The notes under the pieces: generated by a model
The model's database searches: none
Told to the model about the DNA's origin: nothing
The model's input: only the letters and a program-made list of their open reading frames with translations
NCBI GenBank assembly: GCA_965178125.1
Contig: OZ237757.1
Span: 682,001 to 746,000 of the forward strand
DNA: 64,000 bases
DNA from: Bilabrum cf. latius
Lineage: Eukaryota
Direction: 5' to 3'
Translations under genes and position numbers: made by a program
Part shown: positions 38,325 to 49,890 of the stretch, piece by piece
Position numbering within the stretch: position 1 is the first letter of the stretch
Layout of the letters: each line of letters begins with the position of its first letter

Positions 38325-39047
38325 TTATCCTGTTAAGAAAATACAAGGTACGACTTTATATTCTACTCCATTAGCATCAGTAGAAGTACCACTTGAAAAG
38401 TCTTCATCTACTAGAGCTTTTGCTACAATAGTCTAATCAACAGAGACTGGTTGAGGATTAGGCGCGTAGACATATCCACTATCAGAGCTATTTATTAAGT
38501 AGTCACCCGCACTTACATCTCCTCCATTTTTATTTACTTTCACAGCTCCATCACCTAAAGATGCCACAAGTACTTTACCATCATCATGGTGTTCTCCTAC
38601 ATATACTCCAAAAGGTGGTGAATGTTGAGATGCTTGACTTACGACATATTCATTAGTTGTGGGTCCTTTATTAACTACACTATCAAGAGTAACCACTGAC
38701 CCAATACCAGCTGGTAAACTAGAAGCAACATCACTACAAGATGCAACATGTGTACCGGTAAATGATAAGAAGTTGGTTGCTGTCATAGTACTGGTTTGAG
38801 TTCCATCACCTGCGACATTAATTGAGATAGATGCACCTGCTGATGCTGAGTTTTTACCTATTCTCCATGTGAAAGACTTAGCATCTTCATTAGTACCACT
38901 CATAATATAGGGTAGTGATTGACCATTGAAGTTAAGTCCAAAGTTAGCGGCTCCATCAAAGCCTTCTGCTTTAATTGATTCTACTTCAATAGACTTACTC
39001 TTTAATTCATATTCATTTTTGTTTAAGAGATTGTATATTCCTGCCAT
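38325..39047 (-). CDS. Putative fibre/spike-associated protein with Peptidase_G2/chaperone-like C-terminal domain (240 aa)
   Basis: FTGTH...SLGDGAVKV..GDYLINSSDSGY...(Q)TIVAKAL..DF pattern recalled from viral fibre C-termini. Confidence 0.55.
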
Positions 39048-39290
39048 TACTTATATTATATTAGCTAGACTAGATATTTTTTTTTTAAATTACGAGATTT
39101 TAAAAAGTTAGTAGTATAAGATATAGTATAATACTAGCGCCCCAAATTGCGATAATATATTAGGATATTAAGATATATTTCCGCAATTCTGGGCGCGTAG
39201 GCGTATTGATTTTTATAATTTAGTTATTTTTAATATAGCCACCTCTTACAATGTAATATTTTTAAATTAAAATATTATAGTATATACCAT

Positions 39291-40733
39291 TTAAAGACTT
39301 CTTAATCTTGAATCTAACCAAGATATTAGAGTATCAAGTCTCTTATTAAGACCTGAACCTTCACCAGTCTTACTTTCACTTGCTCCACTAGATGATTGAC
39401 CTTGTGCTTCTTGTTCTTGTTCTTCCCGTTCTTGTGCTGCTCGTGCTGCTCTTGTTCTTGCTTCTTGACCTTTACCAAGATCTTCACCTGCATCGCTTGC
39501 TACAAATTCTCCATCTGGTTGTCTTTCTAATAGTGTCCCTTCTGTCTCATCATCTAAAGGTTCATTACCTCTTGCTATCTATTCAGCAGCTTCATTCATT
39601 ACATCACTTAATGCGGCTTCTCTTCGTAAGTCTGGATCTTTTTCCTTAGCTCGTCTAAGTCTTTCTTTAAGTGGAGTTCCTGACGGTTCTGCACGACTAA
39701 ATGGGTTTGTTTGTCTTTTTCTAAGTGATAATTGTCTTTCAATATCTTTCTTTGCGTCATCAAACTTGATTCTATTTAAATTTACAAATCTAGTTTTACT
39801 GTCAAGTCCCGATTGTCTTCCAGTCTTAATATCTTGAAATAAGCTCTATAAATCATAATACTACATATCATCTATTGGCACACCATCATATTCATCACCT
39901 AATAGTGCTTTAAGTCTATCTTTTAGTACTGGTGCTTTAGATGTGGCTTTTGTTTTATAAATATCATTTATTGCTTCCATTCTTTTATTAAGTACATCTC
40001 TTTTTAGTTTAACTCGATCAGTTTGGCTTCGTAATCGTTCCAAAGCATAGCCTTTTGACTTTTTATCTCCTAATCTTTCTAATAGAGGTACTATTTGTGT
40101 TCCTTTTGCTCTTTGTCTAACTTTTACAAGTCTTGATGCCATTGAATTAAGTTGAGCCTTAGAGAGACCATTTAAAGTTGAATCACTTACACCTCTCTCT
40201 TTAAGAAACTTCTTCAACTAGTCTACTGTTAAGTCATTCTCTAAGTCTTTGACATCTTTAGGTAAATTGTCTATCTCTTCTGCTTCAATAAATAAGTTAT
40301 TTAATGCGTCGTTAAGTTTTGACTCAGCTTTACCTTTTTGAAATAGAGTATTAGATGAGTTCATATATGGAATATTCTATATCATCTTAGCAATAGCTTC
40401 AGCATCTTCATCAAGTAGTTCATTATCTTTAGCTAGTCTTACAACTTGATCTATATCTGCTACTTTATACTTTTTACCTTTCTTACTGTTATCTTTAACT
40501 CTTTTTAAAGTCCTTTTCATAAGATTTGCTATTCTTTTTAATTTTCTCTTTTCTTCTAATGGCATAAAGTCCTCTTCTAATTGAATTTTTTGTTTTCGTT
40601 TAGCTTCTCCTATAGCTGCTCTTATGGCTCTCTCTTCGTTTCTTACCTTTCGTCTTGCTTGACTTGTAGGGGCTCTACTTTCCACAAGTCCATCGAGTAA
40701 GTCTTCCAATACTGCTGTTTTTTTTTTAGACAT
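39291..40733 (-). CDS. Charged coiled-coil viral protein (480 aa) with SAP/HEH-like motif
   Basis: Single frame through TAGs; LTVD(Q)LKKFLKERGV...GLSKAQL resembles a SAP DNA-binding motif. Confidence 0.65.
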
Positions 40734-40772
40734 CGTATAATTATATTATGATAATAGATAATATTATTAAAT

Positions 40773-41216
40773 TTACATACCATTTTCTTTTAATATTTTA
40801 CTTGCTTCTCCTAGACTTACGCCATACTTCTTCATTACCGCACTCACTAATTTACCTCTTGCTTTAGCTTTTGGATTAGGTTTCCTCTTACGCTTAGCCT
40901 TTCCAAGTCCTACAGTCTTAAGTGCAGCATCAAGAGGGACACCAACTTCAGGGGCTACAAACTTAAGACCTGTTCGTATTGCCTTTCCTACATTACTTTT
41001 AATACCTTTTTTAATTGTTCGCCCTACTTTCTTGAATTTACGACCTACTTTTTTAAAAAAGCGTCCAACTTTTGAACCACCTTGAACACCATTCATTTGA
41101 TAGTCTTCAAATAATTCAAGTAGTTTTTGCTTAAATTCGTCTTTTAAATTGTTGACTTTGGCATTAGAGGGTGATTTACCTAGTTGCTATAGTCTTTGTC
41201 TTATGAAATCGTCCAT
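40773..41216 (-). CDS. Highly basic core/DNA-condensing protein (147 aa) with VQGG di-glycine site
   Basis: Lys/Arg-rich after VQGG; C-terminal RGKLVSAVMKKYGVSLGEASK. Confidence 0.6.
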
Positions 41217-41250
41217 TATAATAAAGAACTATAATATTTCTTATTAATAT

Positions 41251-42069
41251 ATGGTTAAATTAACAAAGTAGTAGCTAAAGTATTATTCACGATTTGATAA
41301 TAAGATATTCAAGTCTTTTAAAATAAATAGAAGTGATATTTATTTAAATGGTTCATATTCATTTACTCATAATATGCTTTCACTTTGGGCTGGAGACATA
41401 GACCTATACTCTCCCGTTAAATTGTCTGATGTCAATAGTGTTATAAATGAATTAAAGACCTTAAGAGGTAGTAGATTAATACATATTTATAACGTTGAAT
41501 ATGATGATAATGGCGTCTCTTTAGATACATTTCTTGATACTAATAGACCTAAAATATTAAAATCTTTAAAATAGTAGAATAATCCTATGATATTCGTTGA
41601 AAGTTGGGTCTATACTGGATATATTGAAGAGGTTAGTATATTATATGATATTGGAGGTAAGATATTGAAAATGAAGCCTAAACAAGTAGCAGATAGGATG
41701 ATAGATGACATAAAAGACTTACAAAAAGAACGAAAATATTTCAAGATATTAAAAAGACTAGATGTTATATATGACGAATTAGGGCAAAAGAAGAAACAGG
41801 AAGAGATTGAACAACTTATAAAGAATCCCGATGTAGGCTTTCTTTACTTGACTATTACAAGATTAAAAAGTTTATTACTTCCAACAGTTCCATTTAAATT
41901 AAAAAATAGAGTTATTGATAGACTTAAGAATGATGTACGTAAATTAGGACTTATTAAACCAGTATATCAATACTTTAATACGTTCAATAGTAAAGATGTA
42001 AGTATTATAATTAAATATTTAGAAGACTAGCTCAATAAAAGGGTCGTTAAATTAGTTTCACATAATTGA
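41251..42069 (+). CDS. Pol-beta-superfamily nucleotidyltransferase-like protein (272 aa)
   Basis: YLNGSY-x10-GDIDLY matches the hG[GS]x9-13Dh[DE]h signature; frame joins 41374 and 41587 via TAGs; ends TGA. Confidence 0.55.
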
Positions 42070-42263
42070 ATACACCTAAACGCCCAGAATTGCAGACATA
42101 ATTTTCTTGATACTTATATATTTCCGCAATTTGGGGCGCCCTATATTGTGAGATTTTCATTAGATTGACCCGAAAATGTAAAACCTCTAACAGCCTACGC
42201 GCCCAGAATTGCAGAAATATATCTTAAATAGCTATAATATTACCGCAATTTGGGGCGGTCGTC

Positions 42264-42785
42264 TCACCAGTCACTATAAAATAGCTCGTCAATGTCTTCT
42301 TCGTTAAGTTTATTAACTTTTTCTGTCGGATGGAGGGGATTATCTGGTCGTATGTCATGTAAATAGCACTTAAGTCTGAAAAATTTTAGATATTCATAAA
42401 TTAACTACATTTGAAAAAAGTCTTTTTTAAATAACCTTTCCCACTCAACGGATTGTTTAAATTGTTCTATACATTCATTTATTTTCATTGAATTAGCATA
42501 GTCAAAGTTGAATGTTTTTAAGTGATCAAAAGAAGACGATACATATCCGTTATCATTTAACGTAAAGTCCATATCATAATAGTACTTTTTACTGCAATTG
42601 ATAATACATTCTCTATACTTACGAGCAATTAGAAGACAAGTTATATAATTAGTATAGCAATCTACTCTATCAGTTGTCATCATATTACGCTACTCTTCTG
42701 CTTTCTTATAGTACTAATTAACTTTACATGAGTACTTATAAAATGATTTAATATATCTTTTTGAAATTAGAAGTTTGTGATCCAT
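42264..42785 (-). CDS. Hypothetical viral protein (173 aa)
   Basis: ATG to TGA with in-frame TAGs; includes ORF 42405..42683. Confidence 0.6.
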
Positions 42786-42930
42786 AATTCTATATATTTA
42801 TATGATATTTTAATCATATTCTTAAGACTGTGCACTCTAAAATGAATATTTGAAATGGCTACTTCTCACAATATACCTTTTGAACCCACTAATTATTAGA
42901 AAAATAATAAATATTAACATATAGTATATA

Positions 42931-43998
42931 ATGTCATTATCATACGATGAAATACCAAATAGTCATTTAGTTGCTTTAAGAGAATACAAGCACAAGAAGA
43001 GGAACAAAAGCGTCTTTTTTAGTGAAGATGTAGGGGAAAAAGTCATAACTCCAGAAGATATAAGTGATGATTTACTTGAAGAGTATTATGGAAAGAGAGC
43101 AATTAAATATGAGAAGAATAAAAAAGCATTACGTGAAGAGATGTGTAAGCTAGTGAATGGAAATAAAAAACTAGTTAGAAAGACTAACGAGTTAAGAATA
43201 GATGATAAGAGTTAGTTTGAAATAGTCCCATTCTTTGATGATGAGACCAAAAGACAAATACACTATTTAAGTGGTTAGGCTGGTGCTGGTAAGTCTTATA
43301 TTGCTAAGTCTTTACTCAAGTATTATCATATGTTCATTCCAAAGAAGAGGGTTTTAGTCATTACACCAGTACAGGAAACAAATCCAACTTATTTAAAATA
43401 TGGTAATTTTATTGATATTGATAAATTAGTAGCAGTAGATAGAAACGATAGTTATGATGACTTAATGAGGAAATACAAAGAAGAAAAGATATTCTTTAGG
43501 TAGGAAAAGAAGTCATTAGAACCTCATGAATTAATTAAAAGAGAGATAGAGATAGAAAGAATGAAACCAACAAGTAAAGACAAGACAAAGGCATCATTTA
43601 CCACTACTCCATTGTATGAAGAATGGGCAAAATAGGGTCCTTCTGTGGTGGTATTTGATGATTATGAAGCCTTAAACGGTGATAAAAAGTAGAGAGCGTT
43701 ATTCTTAATTAAGCGTATAGGTGAAGTTGGAAGACATAGCTCAACAAATATGATAGTTATAAGTCATTTAACGAATGATTATGCGAATACTAGGTCAATA
43801 GTCATGGAAAGTCATAATATTATTTTATTTAAGAGAAATCTATGGAAATTTAGCAAATATTTAATGAAAGCATATTTAGGATTTGATGCAAGTCTTATAA
43901 ATCGTGTTTATAAATTGTTTGGAGAAGGTAATAGATGGCTATGTATTAATAAGACTTATAATTTTATCACTTGTCCTAAATAGATGTTCGTATATTAA
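42931..43998 (+). CDS. FtsK-HerA/A32-like DNA packaging ATPase (355 aa)
   Basis: Walker A LSG(Q)AGAGKS, Walker B VVVFDDYE, GRH..MIVISH, TRSIVMES; first gene of the ATPase-protease-penton-MCP block. Confidence 0.9.
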
Positions 43999-44017
43999 TT
44001 TTCTTAGTATTAAGTAT

Positions 44018-44566
44018 ATGGATATAACCACTGCATTAAGTCCTGAAGAGGTACAAAGACTATACTTTACATTTACAAAGTAGCATATACCAGTTATAAT
44101 GTATGAAGAAATAAGTGATACTAATAACATCAGACAATTTCTAGATGAAAATCCTTTATTTGTCCTTTATTATCCTAACTTAGTAGAAGGAGCAACAATG
44201 AGCGGTCATTATACTGCGGTCATATTTAACAAATCAAAGAATACTCTTTATTTTTGGGATAGTTATGGTCAATTACCTGATACTCATATTCCAGTTGTAG
44301 GTGGAGTCATAGACCCATAGAAGCTATATGATAGAAGTAGTCTTCTAATAGATCACGTATTAGATGCTGGTATTAATGTTGACTATTCAAATCAAAAGAA
44401 TCAATTAATATCAAATAACTCTGCCACATGCGGGAGGTGGTGTGTGCTCAGGATATTATTCCATCACTTGACGAATGATTAGTTTAATAGTCAATTAAAG
44501 AAGGCTTTTAAAAAGTATGGAGGAGGACTAGATAATGATGAACTTATTACTTTGATAATTAGTTAA
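44018..44566 (+). CDS. Adenain/Ulp1-like maturation cysteine protease (182 aa)
   Basis: Catalytic SGHYTA (H), YFWDSYG (D), Q....SATCGRW (Q, C). Confidence 0.9.
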
Positions 44567-44926
44567 TATGACATATACCATAAATTTTTAGATATTGAAA
44601 ATTGATATCTATAAGGTGGCCAAATTAAAAAGACTAAAATATAAAAATGAATACGGGTAAGCGCCCAGAATTGCGGAAATATATCTTAATATCCTAATAT
44701 ATTATCGCAATTTGGGGCGCTGGTATTATACTATATCTTAAGATACTAAATTTTTAAAATTTCGGAATATTGGATTTTTTCAATGAGTCAAATAATTAAT
44801 AAAAACTTTTTTAAAAAGTCAATACGGGTACGCGCCCAGAATTGCGGAAATATATCTTAAATAGCTATAATATTACCGCAATTTGGGGCATTAGACAAGA
44901 CTTATTTTCTTGATAAATGTTATAGA

Positions 44927-45853
44927 ATGGTAGAGATTCAAGAACCAGATATCTTTTATATTAACTCATAGGATACTATAACATCTATTAATACTAATAG
45001 ACCAGTATCAATACATGAACAGCGTCAAGGTAATATCTTGACAAATTCACAAAACTACTTATTATCACTTGACCGATGGACTCTTAAATGTCGTATTCCT
45101 TTATTTGTAGCAAGTAAAGAAGTAAAGAATAGCGATAATTAGTCAATTTATAAGATGTCGTTTGTGAAGAAGAGTGATGGAACTACTTACACTCGTAATA
45201 TTGTCTTAACTAAGCCGTTATATTATAGTCTTAAGACCCTATCTAATGAATTTAATAATACTCTTAGTGATTTATGTGGAGATGCTAGTATTCCAACTGA
45301 TAGTATAGTATTTGAATATCACGGTAAGACTAAAACATTTAGTTTCACCCGTTTAGCCGCTTTTACAAGTGCGTGGACTTTAAGTTTTAACTTTCCTTTA
45401 TTCTCTATCTTTGAGACATTTGAATATGACGATGAAGGTAAAGACATCAAGAGTGATACTTATATAAATCTATTAGATGGATATAATGAATAGAGTGCTT
45501 CTACCTTAGATTAGTTTCCTACTATGGAGTATATTCAAATTATTAGTCCATCACTTCCAATACTTCCAGAATTTACGCCATCATATAAAAGTACATCTAG
45601 TACAGAGATACAAAGTGAAAATATCTTAAGTGATTTCAAGATAGACAATACAACAGGAACGAGTTTTATTAAAATAAACTTTAGTAGTGGAGGAAATCAT
45701 AGATGGCAATAGTTCTATAGATCAGCATTTAATAGTTATAGTATAGTACCGTATTTTAGAGATACTTTTGGAAACTTATACGAAATACCCTTTACTTTTG
45801 GACAAGGACTTAATATAAAAGCTCTATTTAAAAGTAAAAAGTTAATAACTTAA
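44927..45853 (+). CDS. Minor capsid (penton) protein (308 aa)
   Basis: Located just before the MCP; N-terminal EQRQGNILTNSQNYLLSLDRW and C-terminal FRDTFGNLY...IKALFKSK resemble virophage pentons. Confidence 0.75.
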
Positions 45854-45895
45854 AGTAAAAAATAAATAAATATCTTTAGTCTTAATATATTTATA

Positions 45896-47782
45896 ATGTC
45901 TGATATGGATAATGTACCTGTAGCAGCACAAAGCAAAGTCGTAGATGACGTCTCAGAACTACCAGTAACTCAAATAGCTGACGAAAAACTCAACTTTGTG
46001 GGTGATAGTCAAGCTATTACTCTAGGAACTACCCTTGGATACTCTTCCAAGTTTCAAAATCACTACGAACCAGATGGTGGTAACTCTAGCGCAACTAATG
46101 CATTTAGAAGTAATTATACTTTCGTAGTGCCATCAAATCAAGGAATGACTGACAGTAATCCCCGTCTAAGAGTTTCATTTGACGTATACATCTATGATAG
46201 TTAGAACAATGGAGCAGTAGCTCAAACTGATATCGTCAATAAGGTAGCCCCTTCTACATTTATGGTAAATTCAATGATCACAAGTTCCACAGTTAAAATG
46301 GGAGACTTATCTCGTAGTTCATCACCTTATCAATTAGTCAATTTAATAGCTAGAAGTCTTGACCGTGCCACTCTAGCACAAATAAGTCCTGTCTTTTAGG
46401 CTGATAACACTTGGGAATTTAATACTGCCGCAAATGGTCTTGCTAAGTCTGTCCTTCAATGGGGTGTAAATGATGATAGTATTATGGAAGCTCGCGGTCC
46501 TGGTAAGAATTACCGCGCAACACTTGAAAAAGTGGATGCTAATACTCCAATACCTAATAATAATGTAACACCAACTCAAGACTATGTCAAATTACATATT
46601 GAAATCTCTGAAGCACTTCTTGCACGTCCTTTCCAATATATGATGGGTGGTAATGCTAGACCTTTTGTTGATCATCCACAATTAAATGTTAATTTACAAA
46701 TGAGAAATAACTTAATTGATAAGATGTTTAATACTTCAAGTGATTGGAATGGAGACTATGCTTTTGCTTTATCCGATTGCTAGATCCATTTTGATGTCTT
46801 TACTTATAATACTCATCTTAACTTCTTGAAGAAAGTACCTAAACAAATATTCTACAACTCTGTTGACTTTGAACTACATGAAGAGCCTAAACTTGATAAT
46901 CCTATCACTACTAAAGGTGTCCATACTTTTAATAATTATCAACTTTAGACTTGCCCTTCTTGGTTTGCTGTGTGCTTAGTTGATTCTCAATATGGAGAAG
47001 CTAGTGGTACACCTCATAGAACACTTGCCATTAACAATATTAAAGTACAACTTAGGTCTTAGGGTTCTATTTTAGGAGAACTTACACAAGACGATATCTT
47101 TAGACTTAGTGAAAGAAATGGATCAAATAGTGAGTATGCTTCTTTTACTAACTTAGATGTAACTGTAGGAGGTGCTTCTAAAGTATACGGATCTAATGGC
47201 TGGCTCTTATTTAGACTTAGTGATTTAAATACTCCTGAAACTATTCAAAGCAACAGTGCTGACCCTATTAGTATTCGTGTTCAAGTAGCCTATGACGAAC
47301 CCCCAACCGCTGCTATGTCTCAAGGATATAAAGCTCAATTATTCTGTGCCTATGACAAGATTATCGTGAATACTAGAGGTGCCGCTATTGAATGGCGTGA
47401 AGATAGTGCTTCTGTTGACCCTGAGAAAGTGGCTAAACCTTCTAATTATACATTTTCTAATATGAACTACTCTAAGAACGTATTAGGTGGAAGACGTCGT
47501 AAAGTGATGCAATTCTTTAAGAGAGCCTTTAACAAAGCTAAAGACTTAGGACGTAAAGTGGTAGACTTTGGAAAGAAAGCTAAAGCTAAATTTGATAAAG
47601 TGAAACCAGCTCTTCGTAAAGCAAGACAAGCAGTAAGTGAATACTTACCCGATGAAGTGAATGACCTAGCTGAACGTGTTGGAGCAGGTCTTTTAACTAG
47701 TGGTGGAAGTCTTTTGACCAGTGGAGGTAAGAAATTAACTAAGGCTCAACTTATGAAACTTAGAAAGTAGCTCAATATGTGA
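45896..47782 (+). CDS. Major capsid protein, virophage-type double jelly-roll (628 aa) with basic C-terminal extension
   Basis: Longest beta-rich ORF of the block, in one frame through TAGs. Size and gene order match virophage MCPs; VLGG-RRRK and TSGG di-glycine sites in the tail. Confidence 0.8.
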
Positions 47783-47969
47783 GTCGTAAATTATTAATTA
47801 ATATTTAAAAGTTATAAATATTGACTAAATTTAAAAACTCAATACGGGTACGCGCCCAGAATTGCGAAAATATATCTTGAATAGCTATAATATTACCGCA
47901 ATTTGGGGCGGTCATACCTTAAGACTAGTTTAAATATTACGCCAAAAAATATCCACTATATATATAGTT

Positions 47970-48392
47970 ATGGCAGCAGTATCACCGTGTGAAGACTTAC
48001 TTTATATGGAGTATTCATTCTTATTCTTACCACATAGAGAAGACCCAACACTTAAATCTCAAAAGGTTTACTTAGATGATGAACTTGAAGGAGATCCTGA
48101 AGACATTGTAATAGATAAAGATTAGATACAAGTAAATAATAGAGGTCATATAAAGACATATGTAAGTGAAGGAGGCTTTACAAAGTTAAAGGTAGGATAG
48201 ATAATTGAAGAGATGGAGCAAGAGGTGCGTAATTAGAATGGTATTCATTATGATTGTATTTTTTATCATAAAGTTGAACACGACACGAGCACAGATATTT
48301 ATAAAGTAGTATGGGGGTGGTATCCAGCAGACTTTCCAACAAATGGATGCGACCCTGCTATCTTGTATAAGAAACCCCCTAATATGGATTAA
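47970..48392 (+). CDS. Hypothetical viral protein (140 aa), absent from the ORF track because of 3 TAGs
   Basis: ATG after CGCCAAAAAATATCCACTATATATATAG; ends TAA. Confidence 0.65.
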
Positions 48393-48534
48393 TTATTAAA
48401 AACTCAATACGGGTACGCGCCCAGAATTGCGGAAATATATCTTAAATAGCTATAATATTACCGCAATTTCGGGCGGTCATATCTTAAGACTAGTTTATTA
48501 CTTTCGCCAAAAAATATCCACTATATATATAGTA

Positions 48535-48924
48535 ATGTCAGATAAAGTAGATTTAAAAATATCGTTTTCTCAAAGTCTTGTATCAAGTGTAAACCTTGAT
48601 TGGGATGGAATAGGTAAGATGTTATGTGGAAAAATCACAAGTAAGATAGAAGGAAATGAGATAGTGTTAAGACAAATAGGTCAACCGACTCCAAAAGATG
48701 GAATGATGGAGTTCTCATACACGACCGACTATAAAGCAAATCAAGTTTTTGAATTACTTAAAGACTTAACTGATGAAAGACAAGACGCGATTATGGGATA
48801 CGTTCATTGTAAGTTAAGTGATAGCAACAGGAAAAGAAGACCATTAACTGAAGAAGATCACAGACAAATGATTCTGGATGCTATGGATAGGAGTGTTAAA
48901 GAATATAAAAAACATATGTCATAA
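48535..48924 (+). CDS. Hypothetical viral protein (129 aa, MSDKVDLK...)
   Basis: ATG directly after the shared upstream cassette; ends TAA. Confidence 0.65.
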   Translation: MSDKVDLKISFSQSLVSSVNLDWDGIGKMLCGKITSKIEGNEIVLRQIGQPTPKDGMMEFSYTTDYKANQVFELLKDLTDERQDAIMGYVHCKLSDSNRKRRPLTEEDHRQMILDAMDRSVKEYKKHMS

Positions 48925-49228
48925 TTAAGTCTTAATAATAAAGTCTTAATATTAAAGTTATTAATATTAAGTCATATCTATGTAATAAAAAAAAATTTCT
49001 TTGAGCTAGTAATTATACCGATGGTTTGACTACTTGGCGAAGTCATTCGTAAGTCATTGTTGTAGCGGAGATGCGAATGTCAACCATGGACCGCTATCCC
49101 TATTAAGTCTTACGACTAAGTCTGCTACAACCACTTACGACTACTTCTACAGTATCCAAACTCCCTTCAAAGACTTGCAAGACGTGTGCTTTGTCATGAA
49201 AATGACTTACAGAACGACTTACGGCGAT

Positions 49229-49299
49229 GTCAGTGGCGGGAATCGAACCCACGACCTTGACTTTGTGAAACAATCACGATATCACTAGACCAAGACCAC
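49229..49299 (-). ncRNA. Degenerate tRNA-like sequence / Pol III type-2 promoter (A and B boxes)
   Basis: Minus strand: A box TGGTCTAGTGA (49292-49282), variable loop AGGTC and T arm GTGGG-TTCGATT-CCCGC at tRNA spacing. Acceptor, D and anticodon stems pair poorly. Confidence 0.45.
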
Positions 49300-49477
49300 A
49301 ACGCACCAAGAGGTAAAAAATATTATATTCAAATAAATTTAAAAATTCAATACACCTACGCGCCCAGAATTGCGGAAATATATCTTAAATAGCTATAATA
49401 TTACCGCAATTTCGGGCGGTCATATCTTAAGACTAGTTTATTACTTTCGCCAAAAAATATCCACTATATATATAGTA

Positions 49478-49828
49478 ATGTCAGATAAAGAAGATATCAA
49501 AATTGAACTATCTCAAAATTTTATAGATGAATGTCTTGTTAAAGGTGTAGGTGTCGATGATGTAGTCAGTAGTATAGGTAAAAGTATTGAGAATCACTTT
49601 GATAAATATGTATGGATGAAACCAAAAGACAAAGGTGATGGTTATCGTTAGAATGTCTTTAGTTTTAAATTCGACAATATTATCAAGAAACTCGAAAGTA
49701 CATTGGAACAGTTAGAATATGAAGAGCAAGTGAAACACGTCTAGGAGCTGATGTATCGTGTTGAAAGAAGTGAATGTGAAAGGAAGAAGAGAGAAGAAAA
49801 AATTAAAAAGACAAAAAGAGACCACTAA
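49478..49828 (+). CDS. Hypothetical viral protein (116 aa, MSDKEDIK...), probable distant paralog of 48535
   Basis: Near-identical upstream cassette and N-terminus; two TAGs; ends TAA. Confidence 0.6.
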
Positions 49829-49890
49829 GTCATTTTATATAAGGTATGTATTATTAAGTCTTATTAAGTTTTTTATTAATAAGTCATAAT

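Noticed and set aside
48427-48534. N-terminal extensions MRKYILNSY... of ORFs 48427 and 49370
   Set aside because: They are translations of the palindromic repeat/promoter module from a TTG; the real starts are more likely the ATGs at 48535 and 49478.
49229-49299. Amber suppressor tRNA explaining TAG readthrough
   Set aside because: No CTA anticodon (the loop reads TTCACAA) and the stems are degenerate.
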